From contig OY969474.1 in the NCBI GenBank assembly GCA_963700145.1, positions 2,848,001 through 2,912,000 of the forward strand: a stretch of 64,000 nt of DNA, written 5' to 3'. Shown one piece after another: positions 9,037 to 22,108 of this stretch (position 1 is its first letter; each line of letters begins with the position of its first letter). This stretch comes from an uncultured Acidobacteriota bacterium. GTDB taxonomy: Bacteria > Acidobacteriota > Thermoanaerobaculia > Multivoradales > UBA5704. Under the pieces are notes generated by a model, which searched no databases, was not told the DNA's origin, and worked only from the letters and a program-made list of their open reading frames with translations. The position numbers and the translations under genes are program-made.

Positions 9037-9855
9037 TCAGCGCAGAAGCTGTGCCGCGCGGTCGAGGAAGGTCTTGGTCTGGTGGGGGCCGAGGGCGGCG
9101 GAGACGACTTTTTCTTCGGCGCGGACGAGGTCGAGGATGGCTTCGGTGCCGCGGCCGGCTTCGAGCTCGGCCTTGCTCATGCGCAGGTTGATGTCGAGCT
9201 CGCCCTGGCGGTCGTGGCCGGAGAGGAGCTCGCGGGCGTGGCCGTGGATCGCCTCGGCCAGGCGCGCCAGCTCCTCGTGGCTCATGCGGTGGAGGCGCTC
9301 GGTGTTGAGGCGCGAGAGGTCCTCCTTGAGCGCCACGAGGCCCGAGGTGATGAGGCCGTAGAGGAGCTTGCAGGCCTCGAAGGGGCTGGTGTTGAGCCCG
9401 ATCGCGATCTCCTCGATCGAGCGCCGCTCGTCGATCTTGCAGATCAGGCCCCACTCCTGCGGCGTGAAGGAGACGGAGGTGGTGGCGGCCTGGGAGGTGA
9501 AGACCGGCACCAGGCGCGTCGAGGGGATGCGCTTCGACAGGATCTGCCATTCGTCGATCCGCCGCGCCGCTTCCATGAGGAGGTTGGTGTTGGACTTCTG
9601 GATCGTCGTCGTGTCGGTCTCCTGGCCGGGAGTGAAGACGAACTCCCCCTCGGGCCAGATGGCCAGCTCGTAGACCGCCTCCTCGCCGCGCAGCTCGCCC
9701 AGCGTGGCGTGCACGATGTGGCCGCCGCGCAGGTAGATCTCCCCCGAGCCCTCGCCGGCGCGGCGGAGCGCGAAGACTCCCGTCTTCCCCGACACCGACA
9801 CGAGCTGGATGATGTCGGGGAGCGGCAGCTCTTTGAGAGAGCCTTGGAAAGCCAT
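9037..9855 (-). CDS. DUF4388 (PATAN-like) domain protein
   Basis: FQGSLKELPLPDIIQLV..KTG..GEIYLRGG..LLMEAARRIDEW. Confidence 0.85.
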   Translation of the reverse strand: MAFQGSLKELPLPDIIQLVSVSGKTGVFALRRAGEGSGEIYLRGGHIVHATLGELRGEEAVYELAIWPEGEFVFTPGQETDTTTIQKSNTNLLMEAARRIDEWQILSKRIPSTRLVPVFTSQAATTSVSFTPQEWGLICKIDERRSIEEIAIGLNTSPFEACKLLYGLITSGLVALKEDLSRLNTERLHRMSHEELARLAEAIHGHARELLSGHDRQGELDINLRMSKAELEAGRGTEAILDLVRAEEKVVSAALGPHQTKTFLDRAAQLLR

Positions 9856-9908
9856 TGATCTCTCTATGTTTAAAACCGATCCGACGCCAAAAAGGATGCT
9901 ACCACGCG

Positions 9909-10400
9909 CTATCTCCCGGCCAGGGTGTCGAGGCGCGCGCGCTGCGCCGCGCAGATGGCGAGAGCGAGGGCGTCGGTGGCGTCGGTGGCCCAGCCGTCAC
10001 CCTGGAGAGCGAGAAGCAGCTTGACCATGTGCGCGACTTGCCGCTTGTCGGCGCGGCCGTTGCCGGTGACCGCCGACTTGACCTCGGCCGGGCTGTACTC
10101 GCGCAGCAGGATGCCGCGCCCCGAAAGCGTCGCGAGGAGTGCGCCGCGCGCTTCGGCGAGCACGATGAGCGAGCGGCTGTTGAGGCCGTGGAAGGGGGTC
10201 TCGAGCGCCACCGTCTCGGGGCGCCAGCGGTCGAGGAGCGCGGCCAGGCAGCTCGCGAGGTGGGCGAGGCGGTCGGGGAGCGGCTGGCTGCGCGAGCAGG
10301 AGAAGCGGCCGAGGTCGAGCGCCGCGAGCGCCGAGCCGCGCCGCTCCACCACTCCGTAGCCGGTGTGGAGGCTGCCGGGGTCGAGCCCCAGGATGAGCAT
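9909..10400 (-). CDS. ruvC: Holliday junction resolvase
   Basis: ILGLDPG, VK.AVTGNGRADK, DALALA. Follows yebC. Confidence 0.95.
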   Translation of the reverse strand: MLILGLDPGSLHTGYGVVERRGSALAALDLGRFSCSRSQPLPDRLAHLASCLAALLDRWRPETVALETPFHGLNSRSLIVLAEARGALLATLSGRGILLREYSPAEVKSAVTGNGRADKRQVAHMVKLLLALQGDGWATDATDALALAICAAQRARLDTLAGR

Positions 10401-10433
10401 CGCAGGGCGCTCGGCGAAGGCGGCGCCGGGCGG

Positions 10434-11177
10434 CTACCCTTCCTGCGCCGCCAGCACGCCCTCGTCGACCTCGAGGTTGGCCCAGACGTGCTGCACGTCG
10501 TCCTGGTCCTCGAGGGCGTCGATCAGGCGCAGGACCTGGGCGGGGTTGGCGACCCCGATCGTCGAGTCGGGGACCATCGCCAGCTCCTTGGCGGCGAGCG
10601 GCAGCTCCCGCCGCTCGAGCTCCTCGCGCACCCGGTTGTAGTCCTCGACGGCGGTGTAGATCTCGAGCTCGCCGCCTTCGGTCGAGACGTCGTCGACGCC
10701 GAGGTCGAGGGCGAGCTCGAGGAAGGCCTCCTCGTCCATCGCGCCGGGCTCGAGCGCGAAGTAGCCGCGGCGCTTGAACATCCAGGCGACGCAGCCGTTC
10801 TCGCCGAGGTTGCCGCCGTGGCGGGAGAAGAGGTGGCGGACCTCGGAGGCGGTGCGGTTGCGGTTGTCGGTCAGGCCCTCGACGATCATCGCCACGCCGC
10901 CGGGGCCGTACCCTTCGTAGGTGAACTCCTCGTAGGACTCCCCTTCGAGCTCGCCGGTGCCCTTCTTGATCGCCCGGTCGATGTTGTCGCCGGGGACGCT
11001 GTTGCCGCGCGCCTCGAGCATCGCGGCGCGCAGGCGCGGGTTGCCGCGCGGGTCGCCGCCGCCGAGCCGCGCCGAGACGGTGATCTCGCGCAGGAGCTTG
11101 GTGAAGAGCTTGCCGCGGCGGTGGTCGGTGGCCGCCTTCTTGTGCTTGATCGTGCTCCACTTGCTATGGCCGGACAT
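10434..11177 (-). CDS. yebC: YebC/PmpR family protein
   Basis: MSGHSKWSTIKHKK, YEGYGPGG, TDNRNRT. Confidence 0.95.
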   Translation of the reverse strand: MSGHSKWSTIKHKKAATDHRRGKLFTKLLREITVSARLGGGDPRGNPRLRAAMLEARGNSVPGDNIDRAIKKGTGELEGESYEEFTYEGYGPGGVAMIVEGLTDNRNRTASEVRHLFSRHGGNLGENGCVAWMFKRRGYFALEPGAMDEEAFLELALDLGVDDVSTEGGELEIYTAVEDYNRVREELERRELPLAAKELAMVPDSTIGVANPAQVLRLIDALEDQDDVQHVWANLEVDEGVLAAQEG

Positions 11178-11342
11178 GGAACGGGCTCCCTCTCGGACGG
11201 TGGCGCAGGCGGCGATTTTACAGGAGGCCGGCGCGCGACCCGGGGCGGCCTCCGTAAGTGCAAGAATCGGCGAAGTTTCCGGTTGACTGGGCGGGGCGCG
11301 GGGTGCTAGAAACGACCCCTCAGTCCCCCGAGGAGTCGCCGT

Positions 11343-14501
<3,159 letters not shown>

Positions 14502-14526
14502 GCCGCGCCCAGTCACGGAGGGGACG

Positions 14527-14760
14527 ATGAGCCTGACCGATCAGCAGCGGAAGTTCTACGAGAACACTCTCGCCGTGACCAAGCAGGAGATGGAGGACCT
14601 CGACCGGCAGATCGAGGAGGAGCTGGCCAAGGTCAAGGACCGCCTGGCCGAGCTGCAGAACGCCAAGAAGGCCTCCCGGCAGATGTACGACGCCGCCTGC
14701 ATGCGGCTCGGGGTCGCCAACGACCTCGAGGCCGAGGAGAACCAGGCCGCCGAGGCCTGA
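14527..14760 (+). CDS. Small coiled-coil hypothetical protein
   Basis: RBS GGAGG, host-like codon usage, heptad pattern. Confidence 0.7.
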   Translation: MSLTDQQRKFYENTLAVTKQEMEDLDRQIEEELAKVKDRLAELQNAKKASRQMYDAACMRLGVANDLEAEENQAAEA

Positions 14761-14766
14761 CCCCTT

Positions 14767-14796
14767 CCGGAGCGGCGCCCTCGGCGCCCGCTCCGG
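14767..14796 (+). terminator. Hairpin after the coiled-coil gene
   Basis: CCGGAGCGG...CCGCTCCGG stem. Confidence 0.4.
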
Positions 14797-14839
14797 CCCG
14801 CCGCCGCCCCGGTGAGGGGCGCGGGCACATCCCTCCGCG

Positions 14840-15691
14840 ATGGCCTGGTTCCGCAAAACCAAGCAACCCAAGGCGCTGCGCCAGGACCGGGCGCGCTCGA
14901 CCGTGCCCGAAGGGCTGTGGGTCAAGTGCGAGGGGTGCAAGGAGGTCATCTACTCGCGCGAGCTCGACAAGAACCTCCGCGTCTGCCCCAAGTGCGGCTA
15001 CCACTTCCGCATCGACGCCCGCGGCCGCATCGCCCTGCTCCTCGACGACGAGCCCGAGCCCAAGGAGCTCTTCGCCGGCGTCAGCCCGAGCGACCCGCTC
15101 GGCTTCCGCGACACCAAGCGCTACCGCGAACGGCTCAAGACCTACCAGCAAGCGGTCGGCGAGCGCGACGCGGTCGTCGTCGTCCAGGGAGAGATCGAGG
15201 AGATCCCGGTGGTGCTGGCGGCGCTCGAGTACCGCTTCATGGGCGGCTCGATGGGCTCGGTCGTCGGCGAAAAGGTGACCCGCGCCGCCGAGCGCGCGCT
15301 CGACCGTAGCTGGCCGTTGGTCGTCGTCTCCGCCTCGGGCGGCGCGCGCATGCAGGAGGGGGTGCTGTCCCTGATGCAGATGGCGAAGATCGCCGGCGCC
15401 CTGGCGCGGCTGCGCGACGCGAAGGTGCCCTACCTCTCGGTCCTGACCGACCCGACGACCGGCGGCGTCACGGCTTCGTTCGCCATGCTCGGCGATCTCA
15501 ACATCGCCGAGCCCGGCGCCCTCATCGGCTTCGCCGGCCCGCGCGTCATCGAGCAGACCATCCGCCAGAGCCTCCCCGAAGGCTTCCAGCGCAGCGAATT
15601 CCTCCTCGAGCACGGCTTCCTCGACATGATCGTCCCGCGGGCCGAGATGAAGGCGACGCTGGCGACGTGTCTGCGGCACTTCGCGGGCTGA
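14840..15691 (+). CDS. accD: Acetyl-CoA carboxylase carboxyltransferase beta subunit
   Basis: LWVKC..C zinc finger, FMGGSMGSVVGEK, SGGARMQEG, FQRSEFLLEHG. Confidence 0.95.
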   Translation: MAWFRKTKQPKALRQDRARSTVPEGLWVKCEGCKEVIYSRELDKNLRVCPKCGYHFRIDARGRIALLLDDEPEPKELFAGVSPSDPLGFRDTKRYRERLKTYQQAVGERDAVVVVQGEIEEIPVVLAALEYRFMGGSMGSVVGEKVTRAAERALDRSWPLVVVSASGGARMQEGVLSLMQMAKIAGALARLRDAKVPYLSVLTDPTTGGVTASFAMLGDLNIAEPGALIGFAGPRVIEQTIRQSLPEGFQRSEFLLEHGFLDMIVPRAEMKATLATCLRHFAG

Positions 15692-15729
15692 CGGCTGCTA
15701 AGCTCGACAGGGGGACTGGAGATCGAGCC

Positions 15730-15945
15730 ATGAAAGTCGTCACCTACGAGGCCACTGTCGAAGATGGTCAGGTAAGGCTGCCTGAAGCAGTATACCTGCC
15801 CGAGAAGGCGAAGGTGTACGTGGTGGTGCCCGGTACCGAGGAGGCGCCGCCGTATCGCATCTGGAGTCCTCGCCTCGTCCACCCGGAGCAGGCGTCCGCC
15901 TTCGCGATGGAGGTGCTTGAGGACGAGCCAGATGCCGGCCTATGA
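15730..15945 (+). CDS. Small antitoxin-like protein (AF2212/DUF104-like)
   Basis: YEATVEDGQVRLPEAVYLPEKAKVYVVV swapped-hairpin-like pattern. Confidence 0.6.
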   Translation: MKVVTYEATVEDGQVRLPEAVYLPEKAKVYVVVPGTEEAPPYRIWSPRLVHPEQASAFAMEVLEDEPDAGL

Positions 15946-16324
15946 CGACCGGCTCTACTCGCCGCCAGCGCCCGTTCTCCACGCCACGCTTCGCAACCCC
16001 CAGACAGGAGCAGCGGTTTCCGATGTGCTGCTGTTGATCGACACAGGCTCCGACGTGACTTTTCTTCCGGTGTCGGCAGCCGATTCGATCCGTATCGAGC
16101 GATCCGGGACGCGCTACGAGCTGGCGGCTTTCGATGGCACGAAGAGTATTGCCGAGGCGATTCGAGCGGACCTATCGTTGCTGGGGCGCAACTTCCGCGG
16201 CCAATTCCTTCTGATTGACGCCACGGTCGGAATCTTGGGTCGCAACGTCCTGAACCGTCTCTCGCTCGTGCTGGACGGGCCTCGCTTGACTTGGGAGGAA
16301 AACAGACCGTTAAGGGGCGCCTGA
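15932..16324 (+). CDS. Retropepsin-like aspartic protease
   Basis: LLIDTGSD catalytic motif and ILGRNVL. Confidence 0.8.
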   Translation: MPAYDDRLYSPPAPVLHATLRNPQTGAAVSDVLLLIDTGSDVTFLPVSAADSIRIERSGTRYELAAFDGTKSIAEAIRADLSLLGRNFRGQFLLIDATVGILGRNVLNRLSLVLDGPRLTWEENRPLRGA

Positions 16325-17641
16325 GTGCTCGAGCGTGGCGATCCCGATGTCGTCCTCGCCCGCCTCGAGGCTCTCGGCATCCGCCTGGGGCTCGACCGGC
16401 TGCGCGTGCTGCTCGCGGCGCTGGGCGAGCCGCACGAGCGGTTCCCTTCGGTCCTCGTCGCCGGCAGCAACGGGAAGGGGTCGACGTCGGCGCTTCTCGC
16501 CGCGATGGCCGGGGCGGCCGGCTACCTGGTGGGGCACTACACCTCGCCGCACCTGGAGACCGTGGAGGAGCGGATTCGGATCGACGGGCGGGCGATCGAG
16601 CGGGGCCGGCTCGCGGGGTTGATCGAGCGCGTGGTGGCGGCGGCGGAAGCCGACGGCGGCGAGCTGCCAACCTACTTCGAGGCGCTCACGGCGGCCGCCT
16701 TCCTAGCCTTCGCCGAGGACGCGGTGGAGCTGGCGGTCCTGGAGGTCGGGATGGGCGGGCGGCTGGACGCCACCAACGTCGTCGAGCCAGTCCTCTCCGT
16801 CATCACCCCGATCAGCCTCGAGCACCGCGAGTACCTGGGACCGACCCTGGCCGCGATCGCGCGCGAGAAGGCCGGCATCCTGCGCCGTGGGCGGCCGGCG
16901 GTCGCCTGGGTCGACGAGCCGGCGGCGGAGAGCACGCTGCTGATCGCGGCCGAAGAGATCGGCACCGAGCTGAGCACCGTCGATCCGGAGGTGTGGATCG
17001 AGTCCGTCGAGCCGCTGGGCTGGGCGGGCCAGGACGTGCACCTAGTAGCCGCCGGCGAGCGCCGCGTCCTGCGGCTCCACCTCCTCGGCGAACACCAGGC
17101 AGGCAACCTCGTGCTCGCCATGGCCGCGGCGGCGGCACTGCAAGGCGCAGGCTTCCCCCGGCTGACCCCCGCCGCCATCGCCGCCGGTGCCGAAGCCTGC
17201 CGCTGGCCCGGCCGCCTCGAGCCGGTAGAGCTCCCCGACGGCCGCCGCGTCCTCCTAGACGCCGCCCACAACCCCGCCGGCGTCGCGACCCTCACCGCTT
17301 TCCTAGATCAGCAAGGCGAGCCCTTCGACCTCCTCTTCGGCGTCCTAGGCGATAAGCAGGCCGACGAGATGCTCCTCCCCCTAGCCTCCCGCGCGCGCCA
17401 GATCGTCCTCACCCAACCCTCGTCCCCCCGCGCCCGCCCCGCCGCCGAGCTGGCCGCACTTCTCCCGGACAAGGCGGCCGCAGTCGAGACGAAACCATCG
17501 AGGGCACTGGACCGCGCGCTCGTCAGTAGTGGGCCCCCGCTCGTTATCTGTGGTTCAATGATCCTGGTAGGAGAGCTGAGGAAAGCCATTCACGTGCGTT
17601 TCGGCGTCCCGCCACCCGCGGCACAGCCTCTGTTGCTCTAG
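16325..17641 (+). CDS. folC: Dihydrofolate/folylpolyglutamate synthase
   Basis: VAGSNGKGST, YTSPHL, LEVGMGGRLDATN, LDAAHNP. Confidence 0.95.
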   Translation: MLERGDPDVVLARLEALGIRLGLDRLRVLLAALGEPHERFPSVLVAGSNGKGSTSALLAAMAGAAGYLVGHYTSPHLETVEERIRIDGRAIERGRLAGLIERVVAAAEADGGELPTYFEALTAAAFLAFAEDAVELAVLEVGMGGRLDATNVVEPVLSVITPISLEHREYLGPTLAAIAREKAGILRRGRPAVAWVDEPAAESTLLIAAEEIGTELSTVDPEVWIESVEPLGWAGQDVHLVAAGERRVLRLHLLGEHQAGNLVLAMAAAAALQGAGFPRLTPAAIAAGAEACRWPGRLEPVELPDGRRVLLDAAHNPAGVATLTAFLDQQGEPFDLLFGVLGDKQADEMLLPLASRARQIVLTQPSSPRARPAAELAALLPDKAAAVETKPSRALDRALVSSGPPLVICGSMILVGELRKAIHVRFGVPPPAAQPLLL

Positions 17642-17784
17642 GAACTCGCTCCCTCGGATCTGCTGTCTCGCCGATGTCAACCTCCAGTTTTGCTGCCCAA
17701 GCCAGAAGCTACGAAAGACAGCCACGAGAGCCGAGCCACCCCTCGCGACCTTTGGAGGTTGTTTATGACTGCTAGAGTACCCCT

Positions 17785-18561
17785 ATGAGGAGCCTAGCTG
17801 ATTTGGCAGCAGATCTCCTTGTTGATGTCGGCCGGACGAAAAAACCTCGTGCTTACGGCTTCACAATAACACTTGATAAGGGTATACCGCAGGCCGACAT
17901 TCGGCAGCTAGCAGAGGTTGCCGGTCCTTGGTGGGATTTTGCCAAGCTGGCATGGGGGAGCATTCTGATAACGCGCGACATTGAAAAGCGTCTTGCCACC
18001 TATGATGAAGTGCTCGTCACTCCAATTCTCGGCGGTACGCTATTCGAATATGCGTGGCTCCATGGCCGCATGAACGAGATGCTTGCTCTCGCACGAGCCG
18101 CCCAAGTCCATATTGAGATCTCGGATGGGGTTGTCGCTTTGCCCCGGGCAGAGAAGCTCCGTGCGATTGAGCGATTTGCTGAATATGTACCGGTTTTCTC
18201 TGAGATTGGTAACAAGGCGGTGCCTATTGTCGCCGACTGGCCGACCCTCGTGAAGGAGGAGTTAGATGCAGGTGCGAAGCACGTCGTAATCGAAGATAGA
18301 GAACTAGGGCCTGAAGGCAGGGAGATCCGCGGTGATCTCGTTGAAACGCTCCTCGACTCTATACCGATGAATCGTCTTGTTTTCGAGGCGATTGAGCGAA
18401 AGCAGCAAACCTGGCTGATACGGCATCTCGGATCGAATGTCAATTTGGGCAATACGCTACCTATGGACCTGATGACAGTCGAGTGCATCAGACAAGGCTT
18501 GAATCACGACACCGTTGATCCGCGATGCTGGAACGTATACAAGCATCGGCCTAGTAAGTAG
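17785..18561 (+). CDS. Phosphosulfolactate synthase (ComA)-family protein
   Basis: KPR.YG.T..LDKG, DFAKLAWG, GGTLFE, IEISDG, SEIGNK, FEA....QQ...I..LG.NVNLGN. Confidence 0.8.
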   Translation: MRSLADLAADLLVDVGRTKKPRAYGFTITLDKGIPQADIRQLAEVAGPWWDFAKLAWGSILITRDIEKRLATYDEVLVTPILGGTLFEYAWLHGRMNEMLALARAAQVHIEISDGVVALPRAEKLRAIERFAEYVPVFSEIGNKAVPIVADWPTLVKEELDAGAKHVVIEDRELGPEGREIRGDLVETLLDSIPMNRLVFEAIERKQQTWLIRHLGSNVNLGNTLPMDLMTVECIRQGLNHDTVDPRCWNVYKHRPSK

Positions 18562-18579
18562 CTACGCACCGAGTGCGCG

Positions 18580-20718
18580 CTATTCATCACGCCTTCGTCG
18601 GCGTAGCTCCTCTGCTTGGGTGGCATGAAACGAGATGCGACTCCCCGCGATGCCGGAGGCGAGAAGCGCCAAGAGCGACTTAGGATATTTGTCGAAGGCC
18701 GCCGACCATAGCGGCCCTTCGACATCCTGCGCGAACCTTCCCGCTATATCCAAGAGCTCTTGTGTAAGATAGTTCCCGGTAGGCGATCGTAGCGTCTGGA
18801 ACAACTGCGCGACGACTTCGCGAAGATCATCATAATGTCGTTCCTGCCGACGGCCATAGCGACTGCTGTTCCAGCCATCAGGGTCGAACCAATCCTGATC
18901 GACAAACTCACTCAATCCGTGACCTGAGAGTGCTTCCGCTGTTCGCTCGAAAAAGGACTGCCAGGCTGACGCAGCGGCTCTCGCCGCACAGGGGTGATCG
19001 CTACCTTCCCAAGCGCAAGTGGCGGCGAAAGCACCGTACTGGCAAAATTGAAGGTCGTAAATAAATAGGAAGTCCAGTCTCTTGCCTGCGCCGGCCCGGC
19101 TTTCAGTTCCAGGGACATCCAACAGGTCGCTAACGCCTCCGCCAGCGATAATGGACCCCACCGACCGCCCCTCGATGTGGACTGACGCGGTCTGAGCGCT
19201 CAAGGACGGCGGAAGATAGCGCCCGTACTCGACGGCGGCGATGAGATGAGCGTAACGGAAGGAGTCCACAGCCAATGAGACCTGCTTCACGACGCCAGGA
19301 ATTCGAGAACGCAGCGGCGGGATATAGGACTCCCAGCTGTGATGCACTCCTGCGTGTACCCAAGGATATCCGAGCCCGTAGCCGCGGAAGTCTCCTCCCT
19401 CTTTGTTTGGGAAGCGGATGCGCGCCCTCGCGTCCCAAAGGCGCAGACCTATCGTGGGTAGAGTGCCTGCCGCGACGTCTTCTTTGACAAGGTAGCTGAT
19501 GACCGCCGGTGGAAGCAATGAGATAGCCGCTAATACTGGCTGCTCGTGACGTTCCGCGAGCGCCACGAGACTGCGCCATGCCGACAAAGGAGGCCTCTCC
19601 TGCCAGAGCGTGCTTGCAAGCGCCGAGATGACTGCGGGGGTCTCGACCTTAAGAGAACTGAGTTCAAGTGCGGATGTCAGTCGGACTGATAAGTCGGGAT
19701 CGTGAAGGCCGACACCTAGCCAAGTAATCTTGCTTCGGGCGCCGCCGCGAGCACGGGTTAGCTCTCTATAGGCGGCGCTTCTTACTGACGCGTCAGGGTC
19801 TCCAAGGCTGCGTTGCAGAAGCGGTAGCCCCGTGGCATCGCGATGAGCGATATAGCCGATTGCCTCCACGGCGCTCTTCCGCACCTCCGGTCGAGAATCG
19901 CGCGCGCAGAGCTCCAGCGCCCCGCGGGCACGCTTGTAACGGACAGGAAGACCGTGGCGCGCTACAAGATTCGCGGTATGCTGCCTTACACGAGCGTCAG
20001 GATCCCAGAGTCCAACTACGAGGGCGCGCAGGGTTTTTCGATCGAGGTGTTCCTGTGCCGCTAGTAACCGAAGCGCATAGCTGCGAACCGCGGCATTGGT
20101 CGCCTTAGTCGCATAAGGAGGTAGAAGCGCCTGCAGCAGGTCCCGATCAATCGTTTCTTTCAAGACCCGGTCTGCATGCCAGCGTACCCAGTGATCGTCG
20201 TCGGCCGAGGCTCGCACGAGTGCTTCAGCCCTCTCGTCTGATGGCATTGAAGTGGCGGCGAGTGCCTCAGCTGCGCGCCAGCGAACGGAGCGACAGGGAT
20301 CAGACTGTAGTACTCCCGCGAGAGCCGGAAGGGTGTACGGGGGAGGGCCAATTTTCCTAAGGGCTTCAACGGCACGCCATCGCACAGAGGCGAGTTTGTC
20401 TCCAGTCATGGCCGACAGGAGTGCGGGTATAGCAGCATCAGCTTCGCGCCCCAGGCTCAGAATGGCGCTTGCGGCCCGCAGGCGATCCATTGCCCCGGCT
20501 GAGCCCAGCAGCGCAGCAAATCCAGCGACCGATTCTCCCACCGGTAGGCCGGGGGGCACACGAGGCTCCTCCGGCGGCGCCGCGAAATGCCATCTCTTTA
20601 GGAATCGCGGCGGCAAGACCAGGCGGACACGGTCACCCTCCACAGTGGCCACAGCCCCCAGCTGACGGGGACGTCGGAGGCCCTCAAACCAGTTTGGCGT
20701 CGCTACCCGAAGGGTCAT
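18580..20718 (-). CDS. HEAT-repeat protein with uncharacterised C-terminal domain
   Basis: Repeated D..xxVRxxAxxAL motifs. Start chosen at ATG 20718; the ORF is open to 20775. Confidence 0.75.
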   Translation of the reverse strand: MTLRVATPNWFEGLRRPRQLGAVATVEGDRVRLVLPPRFLKRWHFAAPPEEPRVPPGLPVGESVAGFAALLGSAGAMDRLRAASAILSLGREADAAIPALLSAMTGDKLASVRWRAVEALRKIGPPPYTLPALAGVLQSDPCRSVRWRAAEALAATSMPSDERAEALVRASADDDHWVRWHADRVLKETIDRDLLQALLPPYATKATNAAVRSYALRLLAAQEHLDRKTLRALVVGLWDPDARVRQHTANLVARHGLPVRYKRARGALELCARDSRPEVRKSAVEAIGYIAHRDATGLPLLQRSLGDPDASVRSAAYRELTRARGGARSKITWLGVGLHDPDLSVRLTSALELSSLKVETPAVISALASTLWQERPPLSAWRSLVALAERHEQPVLAAISLLPPAVISYLVKEDVAAGTLPTIGLRLWDARARIRFPNKEGGDFRGYGLGYPWVHAGVHHSWESYIPPLRSRIPGVVKQVSLAVDSFRYAHLIAAVEYGRYLPPSLSAQTASVHIEGRSVGSIIAGGGVSDLLDVPGTESRAGAGKRLDFLFIYDLQFCQYGAFAATCAWEGSDHPCAARAAASAWQSFFERTAEALSGHGLSEFVDQDWFDPDGWNSSRYGRRQERHYDDLREVVAQLFQTLRSPTGNYLTQELLDIAGRFAQDVEGPLWSAAFDKYPKSLLALLASGIAGSRISFHATQAEELRRRRRDE

Positions 20719-22108
20719 ACCACTAGGCTCAGTCCCCATCCTGGATCTCAACAAGCATGTCGCTACGCCAGCCATGCTTCTGGGTCGATCTGAAGATTGG
20801 AGACGACCTCAAATATTCGTCCGGGCGGAGCGCGCGCGGAATGAAAGCGACATCCGACTCCCTGATATGGCTGCCACGCACCGCTGTAATTTTGTGAACG
20901 AGATGGCGCACTCTCCGCATTTCCACTCCAGGAGAGATCCGCCAGAAGGTGCGAAGTACACCGAGGCTGATGTGCGTCACATGAGGGAATCGTTGGTGCA
21001 ACAACGTGACTGCCACATACACGCGTTCAAGGCGCTCAAGCTGCTCGTCAGCCTCACGGCCGCCAACCGCTGCGAGTGTCAGTTCACCATCCGTCAACCT
21101 CGACTTGAAATCATCAAATTTACTTCCCTGCGCGGGCTGCTTTCCACTTCCGGCAAAAACCCAAACACAAGGCCTAAGGTAAACTGCATTACCTTCACGG
21201 ACATACATGCTCGCTTCCAGGGGAAGAAGAAACTGCCCATACCAATTACCCCCGTCATCATCAATCTCGTCCACGAAAACGAGAAGTGGTCGAGGGGAGT
21301 TAGCTTGATCTGTCGCGAGCGCGTCGAGGCGAGTAATAAGGTCTGCTCGCTGGGCCATCTGGCTAAGGTCAATCTTCCGCCAATCAGCGTTGAGACTCGT
21401 TGCAATTCCCTCGATCAAGGCAGATTTGCCTGAGCCTGGCTTGTCAACAAGCAGACAACTTATACTCCTCTCGGGAGCGGATTGTCTGTTGATAAAGCTG
21501 TCGACGAGTCGATACAAATAAGAGGCGGCGTCGCGCCGTTGCTTCGTGAGGGCTATGTAGTTGCGCGCAGCTGACAGCCCTCGCCAGGACTGGAACACAG
21601 GGCGACTGTCATTATTCTCCGTAATGATCGTTATGATGCCGAGGCCCGTTCGGCTCTCAGTCCATTCTCGCTCGCATTGCTTCCATTCGGCTGGTCGGAT
21701 TGTATAAGAAGCTGATTCCTTGACGTCTTCATCTTCGCGCAGGTCTGGCCCGTAGCTCACTTCGGACGGCTGATTAGGCCCGCTCAATCGCCGCTCCTCG
21801 TTGCATCGCCACTTGTACGCCTTTCGAGCGGCTTGGCAGAGTGTATGATCGAACCTCGACCTCGGGCTAGGGAAAAGGGTTCTAGCTACAAGGCTAGCAA
21901 AAAATACGCTTGCCTTACCAACTCGCCCGCTCATTGCCGCGAGCTCTTCAGAGCCACTACTGACGTGAATGTGGCCCTTCGCTGGCCCACTTTCGGAAGC
22001 ACACAGAGAGAGCCCGCTCGGCATCGCGACGATCGCGCCGAGTTGTCCCAGAACTGGCTTATGAGCGGCACGTACAGCGGAGAGGTACTGGTATGCCTCC
22101 AGTGAAAT

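Noticed and set aside
17785-18561. Coenzyme M biosynthesis cluster
   Set aside because: Only a ComA-like gene is present, with no comB/C/D/E-like neighbours.
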